From positions 62,001-101,090 of the forward strand of contig JYFJ02000923.1 in assembly GCA_000934665.2 (NCBI GenBank): a stretch of 39,090 nt of DNA, written 5' to 3'. Shown here one piece after another: positions 1 through 10,714 of this stretch. This stretch comes from Catajapyx aquilonaris (taxonomy: Eukaryota). The position numbers were made by a program, and so were the translations under genes. Below the pieces are notes generated by a model. It was not told where the DNA came from. It was given only the letters and a program-made list of their open reading frames with translations, and did no database searches. Every line of letters starts with the position of its first letter. Position 1 is the stretch's first letter.

Positions 1-533
1 ACCATGCATAATCCACGTTCTGCCTCAAAATATAGCAGCTTTCTCTCCTCCACCCTCCGGTCACAGCTCATTTTGCTCCAACTTCCTCTCGCGACATGAC
101 TTGTTAGTGCGAATAAGCCCTTTCAACATGGCGGCGCCCCAAGATATTTCCGGCGTCCCGCCTTAGGCCCTGGCATAATTAACACCGTTTTCCAGCGGCC
201 TTCTTTCCGCCAGGCCACAGCAATACTGCAATAATGATTGCCAAGTGGATGGATTGAGATAATGCACGTTCCACTGGCTGGGACGGTGTGTGAGATGGGC
301 TCATCTGCGTGTTTGCATCCGCGAATAATAAGGTGGAGGAAATTGAGGAGCCTAGGAAAAAGGGAGGATAGAAGAGTGGGGATGTGATGGGAGGGGTCAT
401 TCTGGAGAGCCTCGGCCAGCTTTGCATGGAAATTGACTTCTTTTCGGCCTCATTTATTCCAGCCCCAGTTGATTCTGCTGAAGCGCATTCGCTCACTTCT
501 AGCTTGCTTGCAGGATGACAATAATAATAGTTA

Positions 534-872
534 GTGACAAAAAGGAGCAGGGGGTTCATCCAACAGATTTTTCCAGAGAGCATCGCTATTGGGACGGATC
601 GTCCCATCATTATTTCGGTGGAAATGGACTGGAGTGGCGCTGCAGGAGAAATTGGAGAGGAGACAAGAGAGATGCTTTCGACACGGGGGGCCCAATTAAT
701 CAATCGATCCATATGTCTGTTTGCTCTGTCACTGTGGGAAACCTCCTATCCTGACTTCCCGCACAATGGTACCAACCTTATTAGCGGAATTAAATTCCCC
801 GGAGGAGTCTGTACCGGCAGAGACGGACAGGTACTGATCAGGCTTCTGTCCGGAGCAATCGAGCTGCCCTAG
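534..872 (+). mobile_element. Degenerate Ty3/gypsy-like aspartic protease remnant
   Basis: At 672-710 'atgctttcgacacggggggcccaattaatc' reads ML(F)DTGAQLI with a compensated -1/+1 slip. It is followed by 'LISGIKFPGG...GQVLIRL', resembling the flap/C-terminal half of retropepsins. Confidence 0.4.
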
Positions 873-1378
873 AAGACACTATAACCTATAGTGTCACATA
901 TTATGGGGATATTACCTCACATTCCGCATTAACTGAATAATTACATGTTAAAATTAACACATTAGAGCCCACGTTCTTATTAGATTTATAGGCAATGAAT
1001 ATCGAAAAGGTGGGCCAGAATGTGCCGTATATAGGTGGGGGTGAGATTGTTTTTGGAGGCCAGTCTCGATGATAAAGTGGCGGTGATGGTGCTCGTTATT
1101 GGGAATTTGTGCAACCGAGTGGAAAGGGAAGGAACGAAGGCACTTCGGAGGGGAGGATTTTACCTTCAGGCCCTGGAATGAATAGCAATAAGCACGGACA
1201 AGAGGAGCTGCGGTTTGATAATTACACTAAGCTTCTAATCCGGAACAACTACCCGCATCGGTCCTCTCAGAGAGGATCTAACTTCCCACATGGCCTAACT
1301 CTCATACTTAAAAACAGGACGGTCCTATATACAGTACAGGGAGTGATTAGTGCTTGGCGGGAAGTCGAAATTAAGTCT

Positions 1379-1792
1379 GGGGGGGGGGGGGTTAGTTAAG
1401 CATTGGCAGGTTCATTCAAAAGTTACGAACAGGCTAGAAAATTCCTGTCTGATGATCACCCCGTATCGTCGTCAATTAGCGTCCAACGTGAAACTCCACG
1501 GCAGATTGTCCCAGTCTTTAATTAAAACCAGTGGCGGACTTTGAGTGCGGTGCAACACCCACCCACCAACCCCTCGGCATCCTACCCAATACCGCCATCA
1601 CTTTTCCTCCCGTTGCTCTCACTTCTCTATCTGGCCGCTAATTAGAATCCAGGAATTCAATCAAACTTTTCGCTGTTTGACCAGGCATCGGTCGTATTAG
1701 ACTTCGCTAGACTCGTTCTACTGGAGGTGATCATTAAGGAGGATGCAAAAAGTTCTGATTTTTCATCAAGCTGCATCAATTTGTTCATAACA
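1379..1792 (+). mobile_element. Putative polypurine tract plus 3' LTR of an LTR retrotransposon
   Basis: G13 run (1379-1391) directly followed by (G)TTA...; TAACA at 1788-1792 gives TGTTA...TAACA-like termini; internal ATTAAA at ~1521; lies downstream of the protease relic. No second LTR is in the window to confirm it. Confidence 0.35.
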
Positions 1793-2948
1793 GTAGTTTC
1801 GTCCGGACGTGAATAGATATGTGAAGTATGTCATAATTACAATTGCTGGAATTTCATTTGGACGATTTTTGAATATGTAACTGTGCTACATAAGGCGGTA
1901 TCAATGCATTATTTCCAGTCTGCCTTGCCCTAAATTCATGGTTAACTGGACGATCTTAGTTGGACCAGGTATATTCATTCTGAATCATTATTAAAAGACT
2001 CATAGCCTAATGGAATCATATGACTTTTCGGTCTTAACGAATCTGAACGCCCTTGAACTCAGTCTGTAAACATCCGGCAGAAAATGTGCATGGAGAATTT
2101 TTATCACTCTCACACAGTGTACCAAGTAATCCCCAAAATCCGAGCAAAGACTCGCTTTGGCCCGCGTAACCATGAAACCGCGCTATTCCGTGAAGATAAA
2201 TATAGCGCCAGGGAGGTAAGGAGGTCATTTACTCAGCGGTGCTCACTGCTATCTCCCTCCCACAAATTGATATTGTTTGAAGCCTGCGTCATAACGCCTC
2301 CTCTAGGTACGTGTTAATGGGTCAACATTTCTGCAACACTGCCGCACTACAACCTTGTGTTTCCCACCAAAACAGCGTCGTTTTCCTCTTTTCTGAACCA
2401 TTTTACCTGAACCCCACCAAGTGCGACGCCGCGATTTTCCTCCTCCAAAGCAAGCACCAAAAAAGAAACAAAGCGGCCCAGGATTTATGAGGTCTCGTGG
2501 ATGGCATTATTCCTAGAGGAGCTATAACTCGCGGCCAAGGAAAACCCGCGACTGGTTGATTCTACAGGAAAGCCCAGTTTGCCAAAGCGTGGCTTGGATT
2601 TCCCTAGAGGAAGCTAACCCCCTCCCCCCCCCCCCTCTTCGTCCCGTCACTATATCAGGCTGGCAAAAATCGGCTGCAAATATTCCACTCTGGACCGAAG
2701 AGACGACAATGCCCACCACTTGCAACACGTGTGACGTCACAAAAAAATCGTGTTAAGAGCCGGCTTTGAGGAGGTACTTGTGCTATGGAGGAGGCCCTGG
2801 AGACCGTTTTTACCCTGGCCTGTTGGACTTGGACCGTAAAAAGTAAGTAACACAGAAACCCATTTGGAGGTGTTCTCTTGGGAAATGGCCTGATTACAGA
2901 GATCATCAGTGCGTAGGAGAATAAACGTGGATTCCCACTTAGCATTGT

Positions 2949-2954
2949 TTTATT
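2949..2954 (-). promoter_or_regulatory. Candidate polyadenylation signal of the serine protease gene
   Basis: AATAAA on the minus strand ~70 nt after the stop codon at 3023. Confidence 0.45.
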
Positions 2955-3022
2955 TGCGTCATCTTACACGCTATGGGCCAGGCTGTCGGTGCGAAAGCCA
3001 TTGGGCACATGTATTAAAAATG

Positions 3023-4691
3023 TTAACCTATGAGTCCGAGTATCCCACGTCGTTCGTCTGTCTTACGTCGAATCCACCAGTAGTAGGTGGCCACTTTGGT
3101 GAACACGTCTGGGGAACGTCCGCAACTTTTCTTCAGCGAGAAGGACGCGATTCCAACTTGGTATATTTTGCGTCGGTCGTCGTACATCAATGGTCCGCCA
3201 CTATCGCCGTAGCAAATGGCAGCCTCTGGTGTGGAGTCGACGCACATCATGGAGCGACGTAGGTATCGCCGGTATACTTGCTTGCAGTCGTCGTAGTCCA
3301 TGACAGGTATCTTGGCTCGCATTAGCTGTTTGGAAGATGGGCCGTCGGTACGTATCCGACCCCATCCAGCGGCCTCCAGTTTTTGACCGTCCATCCTGAG
3401 ACGTCGGACTCGGCCATTAGGCAAGCACACTGGTGCAACGTGTGGGGACCAGTTCAACGTGTAGGTCAGCCTAAGCAAGGCCAAATCGCCATCCAGATTT
3501 TTGGGATTCCAGCGAGGATGTAGGATATATTTCTCGGCTTCTACTAGCATCTCAGTACCACGGATTTCGCCCCTGAGTATATATTAACAATAATTAATGA
3601 TATGATAAACAGTGGTTCGTAATGTGACGGACCTGTTGACACCACCAACAAACACGATAGCTTTATCAGCTCGTCGCAGGCAGTGCGCTGCTGTGAGGAT
3701 GTACTGCTTTGTAATGATACTTCCACTACATGACGTAGTTGAATCATCAGAACGATGTATCTCTATTTGCACTAGCCATGGATGACTGAAGTGTGAAACA
3801 GCTGACCCACCGACAATCTGGAAATACGGAATTTGTCAAATGTGCCGTTAATTGTCATAAGCAACACTTACTCTCGAATTTCTTCCACACCCGCCGGTTC
3901 CTCCTTTGATTTCGTTGAGGACCTGATAAGCGCAACGATGGGCCGTGTGTTGTCGACTTTGCAACCGGGACACTAACACCAGATTGTTTCCCAGGGACAC
4001 GGCTCGTAAGTGCTGCTGAGGACCACACCAGTAGTAGCTATTGGTGTTGAAGTTGGAGTCGCCAGTCAGGCTAGCCACAATGTAATCATCCAATTTGGTC
4101 GAACACGACTGAAAATGTAACACTAAAATCGGTATCTATACCATTGTGGATCACAATATACGAGGGTTGTTCAAGAAAACTTGAGCCAGATTTTTCCGCA
4201 GCTTGAGCAGGTATACGGCGAAATACTGCATAAGTATACTGGAGCTGGGGAAATTAATCGATCTTTCCGCCCGCTCAAGTGGAAAAACTACAGTATATGG
4301 TACATGGTACCCTCGTACAGTACAGTACAGTACACACCCTTTAAAAAAATCCTCTCAAGTATTTTCTTGAACCTCCTCAGCTTCAAGCAGCAGACGAAAA
4401 TTCGCATGCTTCAAAAAGGTGATCCTAGGCTATGGTATGGGGCGTATATATTGGCCACTAAAGTACCTTCATAGTCACGTTGTTGCATTGGACGTAAATC
4501 CGCTTTCCAGCAGGAGCGTGGAAGTAGAAAGCGCATTGAGAATTGGAGCCGTTGAAGCTAAAGGCGCCGCTGGTGCCATCAAACGTCTGAGAGCAGCTTC
4601 TTGCAGTATTAGCGGTAGCACCAGTGCTGGTCTGAATTTGGGCCGAAGGCACATTGGCCACTTTTCTAGCTTCCAGCATCAATCTTGAGCC
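3023..4691 (-). CDS. CUB domain + S1 (chymotrypsin-family) serine protease, 3' four exons
   Basis: Exons 4691-4467, 4108-3872, 3817-3633, 3572-3023, all GT-AG and in frame. CUB motifs: CSQTFDGTSGAFSF, CAFYFHAPAGKRIYVQC, YWCG..SLGNNL. Activation site R|IVGG; catalytic triad TAAHC, DLALL, GDSGGP. Confidence 0.92.
4161..4380. mobile_element. Degenerate mariner-like MITE in protease intron
   Basis: TA-CGAGGGTTGTTCAAGAAAACTTGAG at the left; imperfect inverted copy CTCAAGTATTTTCTTGAACCTCCTC at ~4352-4378. Confidence 0.35.
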
Positions 4692-6484
4692 CTGTCGCGC
4701 AATAACAAAAGGGCAATAGAACATTGTCAATTGAATTGCGCCGCTATTGATTATTATTAGTGTAAAATTTATAGGTGGCATTAGCATTGAAGCGGAAATT
4801 TATTAGCATGTTATCAGTATAACATGCCTACAATTTGTGAAATTAATTTCTTTTACCAGACACATTTTCACTTTCAACTGGCTGCATCAATCACATGACT
4901 CGTATAGTCCAGAGCATGGTCATGATGTGTCAAAAGGTTTTAACTGTATATAAAATTGCAAAATATAACTGTTTATGATTTCCTGGTATAATTTCTCATA
5001 CCTCCAGGCATTATCTACTCTTAATGCCTTTTGACTCTTATTCACTCAATCAGACGCTACAGTTAATACCCAGTGCCTCAAATTATCTCAGGATTATAGC
5101 CGCGTACAGCCACCAGGGTCGGATTGAACGATAGGCTTGATGTGAGGGTGAGTGTCATGGTTTTAGCTCACTTCAAGTAAAAATGTATTTTAATGTCTTT
5201 TGCCAAATTGCGGCAGAGCAGAAATACATAATGATAATATATACTTTCTTGATACTTTATCTGCTCGTTCCTTGCAGTAGAGACATATCCCTTCCTCCCT
5301 CCAGTCAATATTGTATCAAAATCCTCTTACATGAATGGCTGGGGGGAAGAAACAGACGGGGTGTCCACTACAATCTATACTGTATATGAGCATATTCTCT
5401 ATCATTATCGTTATTTAAAATAACAATGAGTGTGGAAGTTTACAACTCTAGTACATAATTATTTTGTGTAGGCGAGGTTGACTTCACTCACCTCCAAAAT
5501 GCATTTAAACACAGCAACCTACTGCTTAAGGTACCCACCAAAAAGTCGATTGTTAGTTATGGGATGCTACATGGTGCTACTATATTGATCTTGCCAAGCA
5601 TCTGCCGAGAAATCTGACTGAGAAATAATGAATTCAAACTCCAGCCCATGCATATACAACTGCTCGGGGGCCTTCTATGTAATTAATGACTCCATTTTAC
5701 AGGGTGTTTCAAGATATTGAACTATTCGTAGTTGTTGGTGAGACAGACTCCTTAGTAGTTACCTTCAGCGTCTAGGACAAATTAATTGCACGTACAGTAT
5801 TAGTTCCAATAAAAGCATCTAAGTGACCAGTGCAGTGTAAGTTATATGAAGTCTGCAAAAATGGCATTAACTTTTGATATTGGATGCTACTAGTTATTCT
5901 CACTATCACATATACGTAGGTTTACTACTTCAAAGACGTTTCCATTCTATTTGGAGAACCATTTTGACAGCCACTGAAATTAATCGATACATAAAATAAT
6001 TAATCATAAGCAGCCTAGTTACATGGAAAGTTTAGGTGGAACACTCGGCAAGAAATTCTGACATTTGTAGTTACGTGCAACACAGGCCATGTACTTGTAA
6101 AAGCAATCGAGTCTCAATTATTCGGACAAACCGGAGTCCAATCGGTGGTCCGGATAATCACTCGAAAATCCGGATAATGCGGAAATCTGGAGTGAAATAG
6201 GACTGGAGTAAAAAAAAATCGCATGCCACTATGAAAATGGAAGTGCAGTGTAAATTTAAAATGAGGTTATTAGCTGGAGAGTAGCCATGTATATATACCA
6301 ACGCCTGTCTTTGTGACTCACAAACAAAAGGCAAAAACACCTGTGGTACTGATACTGACGAAGAAAATTCGAAGCACACCTACGCAAGTAAATACGCAGC
6401 TCAGAGGCACCAACACAAGGCATTCAATAAATTAATAACAAAAACACTGCAATATCAGCCACAATTTACACACATTAAACTTAC

Positions 6485-7083
6485 GAATTTGATCGGCTTC
6501 CATTCCGGTTCTTCATCATAACGGACCTCATTATCCGCTTCGTAGTCATACCCTTTTTCTTCCACTTGAGGCTCCTTATCCAAATCTGGGTATGCCCAGG
6601 AATCCACCTCCGGTGTGGGCAATACTCCAGGCGCCGGATAAACCCCATTTCCTCCTAAAGGCACGCTTATCTCCCCCTGAATCAGTGTAAGAGACGGTGA
6701 GAGAGCATGGTTAGGGAGGGTTGTTGGGGGGGTGGGTTGAAGTGCGGGGTCAGCTTGATTTGATGGCTGACCAGAGCAGCCCCTTTAATCACCAGAGTGC
6801 AACGAGTGGGTGCCCTGGAGATGTGCGTCTGCACCGGATGAGTCCAGTGGGAGTCCCCGGCCGGCTGAAGACCCACCGGGGGGACATCAATATTCCAGGA
6901 GAGGGCAATCCCACCCGGATTTGATATCCACCCAGCCACCCCTTTTTATGAACGGACACATACCTCATCCAGTTCCGGATCCTCTTCTAGGACGTAATCC
7001 TCCTCTTCGGGGTCCAAGTCCACGTCTGGGAAGGCGTTGGCAATGGCCCCTAAGAACAACACTGTCCACCACACTTTCTTCAT
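6485..7083 (-). CDS. Probable first two coding exons (signal peptide + acidic pro-region) of the CUB serine protease
   Basis: Exon 7083-6964 MKKVWWTVLFLGAIANAFPDVDLDPEEEDYVLEEDPELDE|gtatgt; exon 6676-6485 ttcag|GEISVPLGG...EEPEWKPIKF|gtaagt. Both end in phase 0, matching the phase-0 acceptor at 4691. Joined model is 502 aa. Confidence 0.65.
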
Positions 7084-8984
7084 CTTTTTGTCGCCTGTGT
7101 GGGTTTGTCTGTGGTGGGCTGTCCTTTTAGCTCTTCTGTTGATTTGGTCTGTGGTAGGGTTGACAATGGAGGGATGAGCGACGCCCGCTTCCTAATTGCA
7201 CGGAGCATGTGGCAATTCAGCCACGTCTATTTCATTTCCATTCCGAATGGGGAAGCGGAACTGACTCGGGGTCCGTTTCACACAATGGGAGCACCTGGCT
7301 CAAGTGTTTCCTACTATGGATTTCCATACTGATTGTAATGCTGACTAGGAAGTTCGCTCTAAACCCCCTTTCTTCGAGAGGAATTTCCATGCCTGACGTG
7401 ACGTACTCGAGCACCTCTTAGATCACTTGCTCTGTTCATGTTCTGATTTGGGAGACGGGACATTACATTCACATTCCTGATCTGATCTCAAAATTGAAGG
7501 GAAAAAAACGTTCCAATGATGTGACAATACAGAGACAATCCCCAATGCTGTAAGAAGGTTGGTAATGTTCACATAATGTCCGGTTTTCCACGTGGGGATA
7601 TGTATTCTGGAGGACGGAGCATAAATCCACTATACATGACGACGCGACTTGGGAGGAAAAAACCTTACTTAACAGGAGTTAAATTATTCTCAATTAATAT
7701 TACAGTATGCTGAATTATTACCAGATCGAGACGTGCATCAATGGTTCAATATAACCAAATTAATGCCATAATAATGTGATCAATTATTATATTAAATTAG
7801 TCGCAATAATTTTGTTTAACCCAAATGGCTATTTAAAAGCTGGGCATACAGTATGTGCGTAGGTGTTGGTTGGGTGACCCAGCAGGTTGGAATTTGTGGT
7901 ATGACCTGATGCAGGATGTTTCTCTTCAGCACCAAGAGAATTATTGACGCGTCCAAAATTATTACGACGTCTCTCTTTTGTCTCATTATTATTGATAAAA
8001 TTATGATCTTGCGTAGCATATGCCGAACAGAGATTATTAATATAATCTAGGGTGGAGAAAGTATGTCAAACTTTATCTAATCATTACTTTCTATAATGAA
8101 ACACCTGTGACATCTCAACCTCACAATGCTGATAGTACTGTACATGCTGAAGGGTATATTGTGACCAAGCAGGTAATTTTTTCATTTATATTAAAATTGA
8201 AAAAGCTCATTTACTTGACAGAATTCCAGGATCGCAGATCTACTTCAAGAATGTTGTTCAAATGACCTTTCACACTAATTTCGTGATTATTCCACACTCC
8301 AGCATCCAACACACCATGCAGATAATAATGCGCTGTATGATTGGCAGGATATGTCTTTTCATGCACAGGGGTGACAAAACGAGGAAATTCAATATCTCAG
8401 TAGTTGCCAAAATAGTTTCATGATCACATTCAGAAGAACCTGGAAACACGGAAGGCTCTGATTTTCATTCCCACAGGAATAGGTATGTCTACAAGAAAGT
8501 CTCACCCTGACACACGGAACAGACTTAACACCTCTATATTTTATTACCAAACTCTTGTAACCATTTAATTATTTGGCAGCATCGTTATTTTATGGAACTA
8601 AAGCAGCACTGTTAACGAGGTGTTCGAATATTCCTGCCGACATCCGCAGTGTTGCCACATTGTGCCATCTGATAGAGGAGAATACTGTAACTTGAAACTT
8701 GTTTCTGAATGAGACTTTTCAACTACGATCTTATTGCGTCCTTACCTCGGAAATAGCAGAGAATGCGACTTGTGTCTGAATGTGACCTTTGAATATTGTA
8801 AAATAAACCTCAAGTCCAGGGGAAATGAGCAGCTTTTTCCACAACTTTGTACAATTATATGACAGACTCCCCAAAAGTTTATTTTAAAAACAATAACATA
8901 CCTGGGCAAGTGCACAATAATATTGTTAAATGTCACAAATGAAAGTTTTACAGGAAGCCCAGAAAAACCGATACACATACTCTT

Positions 8985-9296
8985 GTCTTGACTAAGGCGT
9001 GGGGACGGACATTGATCACTTTTCACTGCGAGTGTAAACTAACCTAACCTAACCTAACCTATCCTACCTAACCTACCCTACCCTAAGTAACCTAGGCTGA
9101 GAAAAATGGACTTTTGTGAAAACCTACAAATGAAAATAGTGGGGACATGTCCCCACTAATTGACACATGTCCCCACTGTAATGGTACACTTCGCGTGTGT
9201 GAGACTGTGGGGACCGACAAATGTCCCCACAATTGGAACTGGTCCCCACAGCTACAGTAAAACCACAGACTTCCGTCCCCAGACCTTAGTCAAGAC
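8985..9296. mobile_element. MITE with 25-bp TIRs, internal (TAACC)n and GTCCCCA repeats
   Basis: GTCTTGACTAAGGCGTGGGGACGGA (8985-9009) versus TCCGTCCCCAGACCTTAGTCAAGAC (9272-9296), 23/25 inverted match; several internal TGTCCCCAC/GTGGGGAC motifs. Confidence 0.75.
9040..9094. repeat. Interstitial arthropod telomere-type repeat (TTAGG)n on the minus strand
   Basis: Four perfect TAACC units (9040-9059) followed by degenerate units. Confidence 0.8.
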
Positions 9297-10714
9297 CTGA
9301 TCACTACCTTCAACTGCATACCACTGATATTTCTTACTTGACTCCACGTTTCAAAACGATCTTAATATTATTTTGTTAGAGGTACAGTACCGTCCAATAT
9401 TAATTAGTAATTACGCTCTAGATGTAGAATGGATTTTGAACTTAAGACTATTACTGATATCTCATTTTGTTATAAACACGTTACAATGTGACATTTGGCC
9501 AAGATCAGTCATAAAGTAATACGTATTTATACGTATTCAGATATTTCCAATGCAGTCTCGTGTGTGGTTAAAACATTTTCCAGACAACCAATGTCCAAGG
9601 TGATAGAAATATGTGAAAAAATCTATGCACTGGCAAACAGCAAATGTCAATGACATCTGTGGTTTTTCTGAAAAAAGTCTTCATTTAAAAAATAGCTCTA
9701 CCGTCCCAATGCATGTTACTTGGAGCATCAGATTCTAGTGAAAATATATATGAAAATGCCGAGTCGACATACAGCAGACATACAGAAAACCACAAGAGTA
9801 TCCTAAGAAGAGGACTTCTGGTTATTACACTGTGTGCATGGACTGATGGAAGAAAAAAAAGTTTCAGACAAGGTATGCCTGCAAAATGTCAATTTACTTC
9901 TCTTCCAGCTATTAGGCTACTAAAATCTTAGCCATCCCGCCATTAAGTGCAATGCACACATGTATATATTGTTTTAAATATTAAAAGCTACACTTAAGTT
10001 AAACTGGACGCTAATTTTGCACTACTATATATAGCATAAAAAACAGGTTCAGTGATGTTGATGCTGCAGAAGGTTGGCGAATAATCAGGTATACACGTTG
10101 TTGTATAATAACACATATATAACCACAAATATGCTGCAATGTTTCCTTAGGGATAATGACTAGCTAATCACAAGGAACCATGAGCAGTTGTACATTTCTA
10201 ATAGAATGTCCAACACTTCGAATTCTGTTTAAATTCCCATTCTAATGCATTCCTAGTGTCCATATTATGGGGTGTACAGTACATTTCCAGTCTAATATGG
10301 CAATTGAAACTGAAAGGCGTACCATATAATATGTTTCTTGGGAAGACTGTTCAATATAAAGAACAAGTTATCAATGTGGGGAGGACAGCTTAGAATAGTA
10401 GTAGGTACAGTACTGTACTATGTGACCAGCCACGCTTCCTAGTGGCTGAGAAACCAAATGATTAGTTCAGGCCCCCCATAGCAGATGGCAAACATGCCTC
10501 GGATCATGCCTCGGGTCTTGGCATTGCAGACAGTTACATCTCTGACTATTTCAAATTTGCATTGTTTTCACAGTAAATGACATGGAGTTTCCATAAAACT
10601 CAGGCTAAAAGTATGGCTTTTGAAATAATTAATGAGTAATGACACACCTAAAGCGCAAACATTTATTAAAACTCGATTATTAGGAATTACTGAAGGCAAA
10701 CAATTTTGTACTTT

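Noticed and set aside
179..712. 177-aa minus-strand ORF
   Set aside because: Low-complexity S/P-rich antisense frame of a probable retroelement relic; no domain or splice support.
2508..2620. Short direct repeat CCTAGAGGA(A)GCTA and a C-run
   Set aside because: Only two short imperfect copies; not an array or CRISPR.
6104..6195. pogo/Tigger-like end (GAGTCTCAATTATTCGGAC, TCCGGATAAT repeats)
   Set aside because: No matching second terminus; too degraded to delimit.
6682..6939. 85-aa ORF between the two acidic exons
   Set aside because: No convincing donor/acceptor pair or homology; treated as intron.
8210..8750. Minus-strand splice-like signals (acceptor ~8440, donor ~8745)
   Set aside because: All frames hit stops and no recognisable protein; could be UTR but unsupported.
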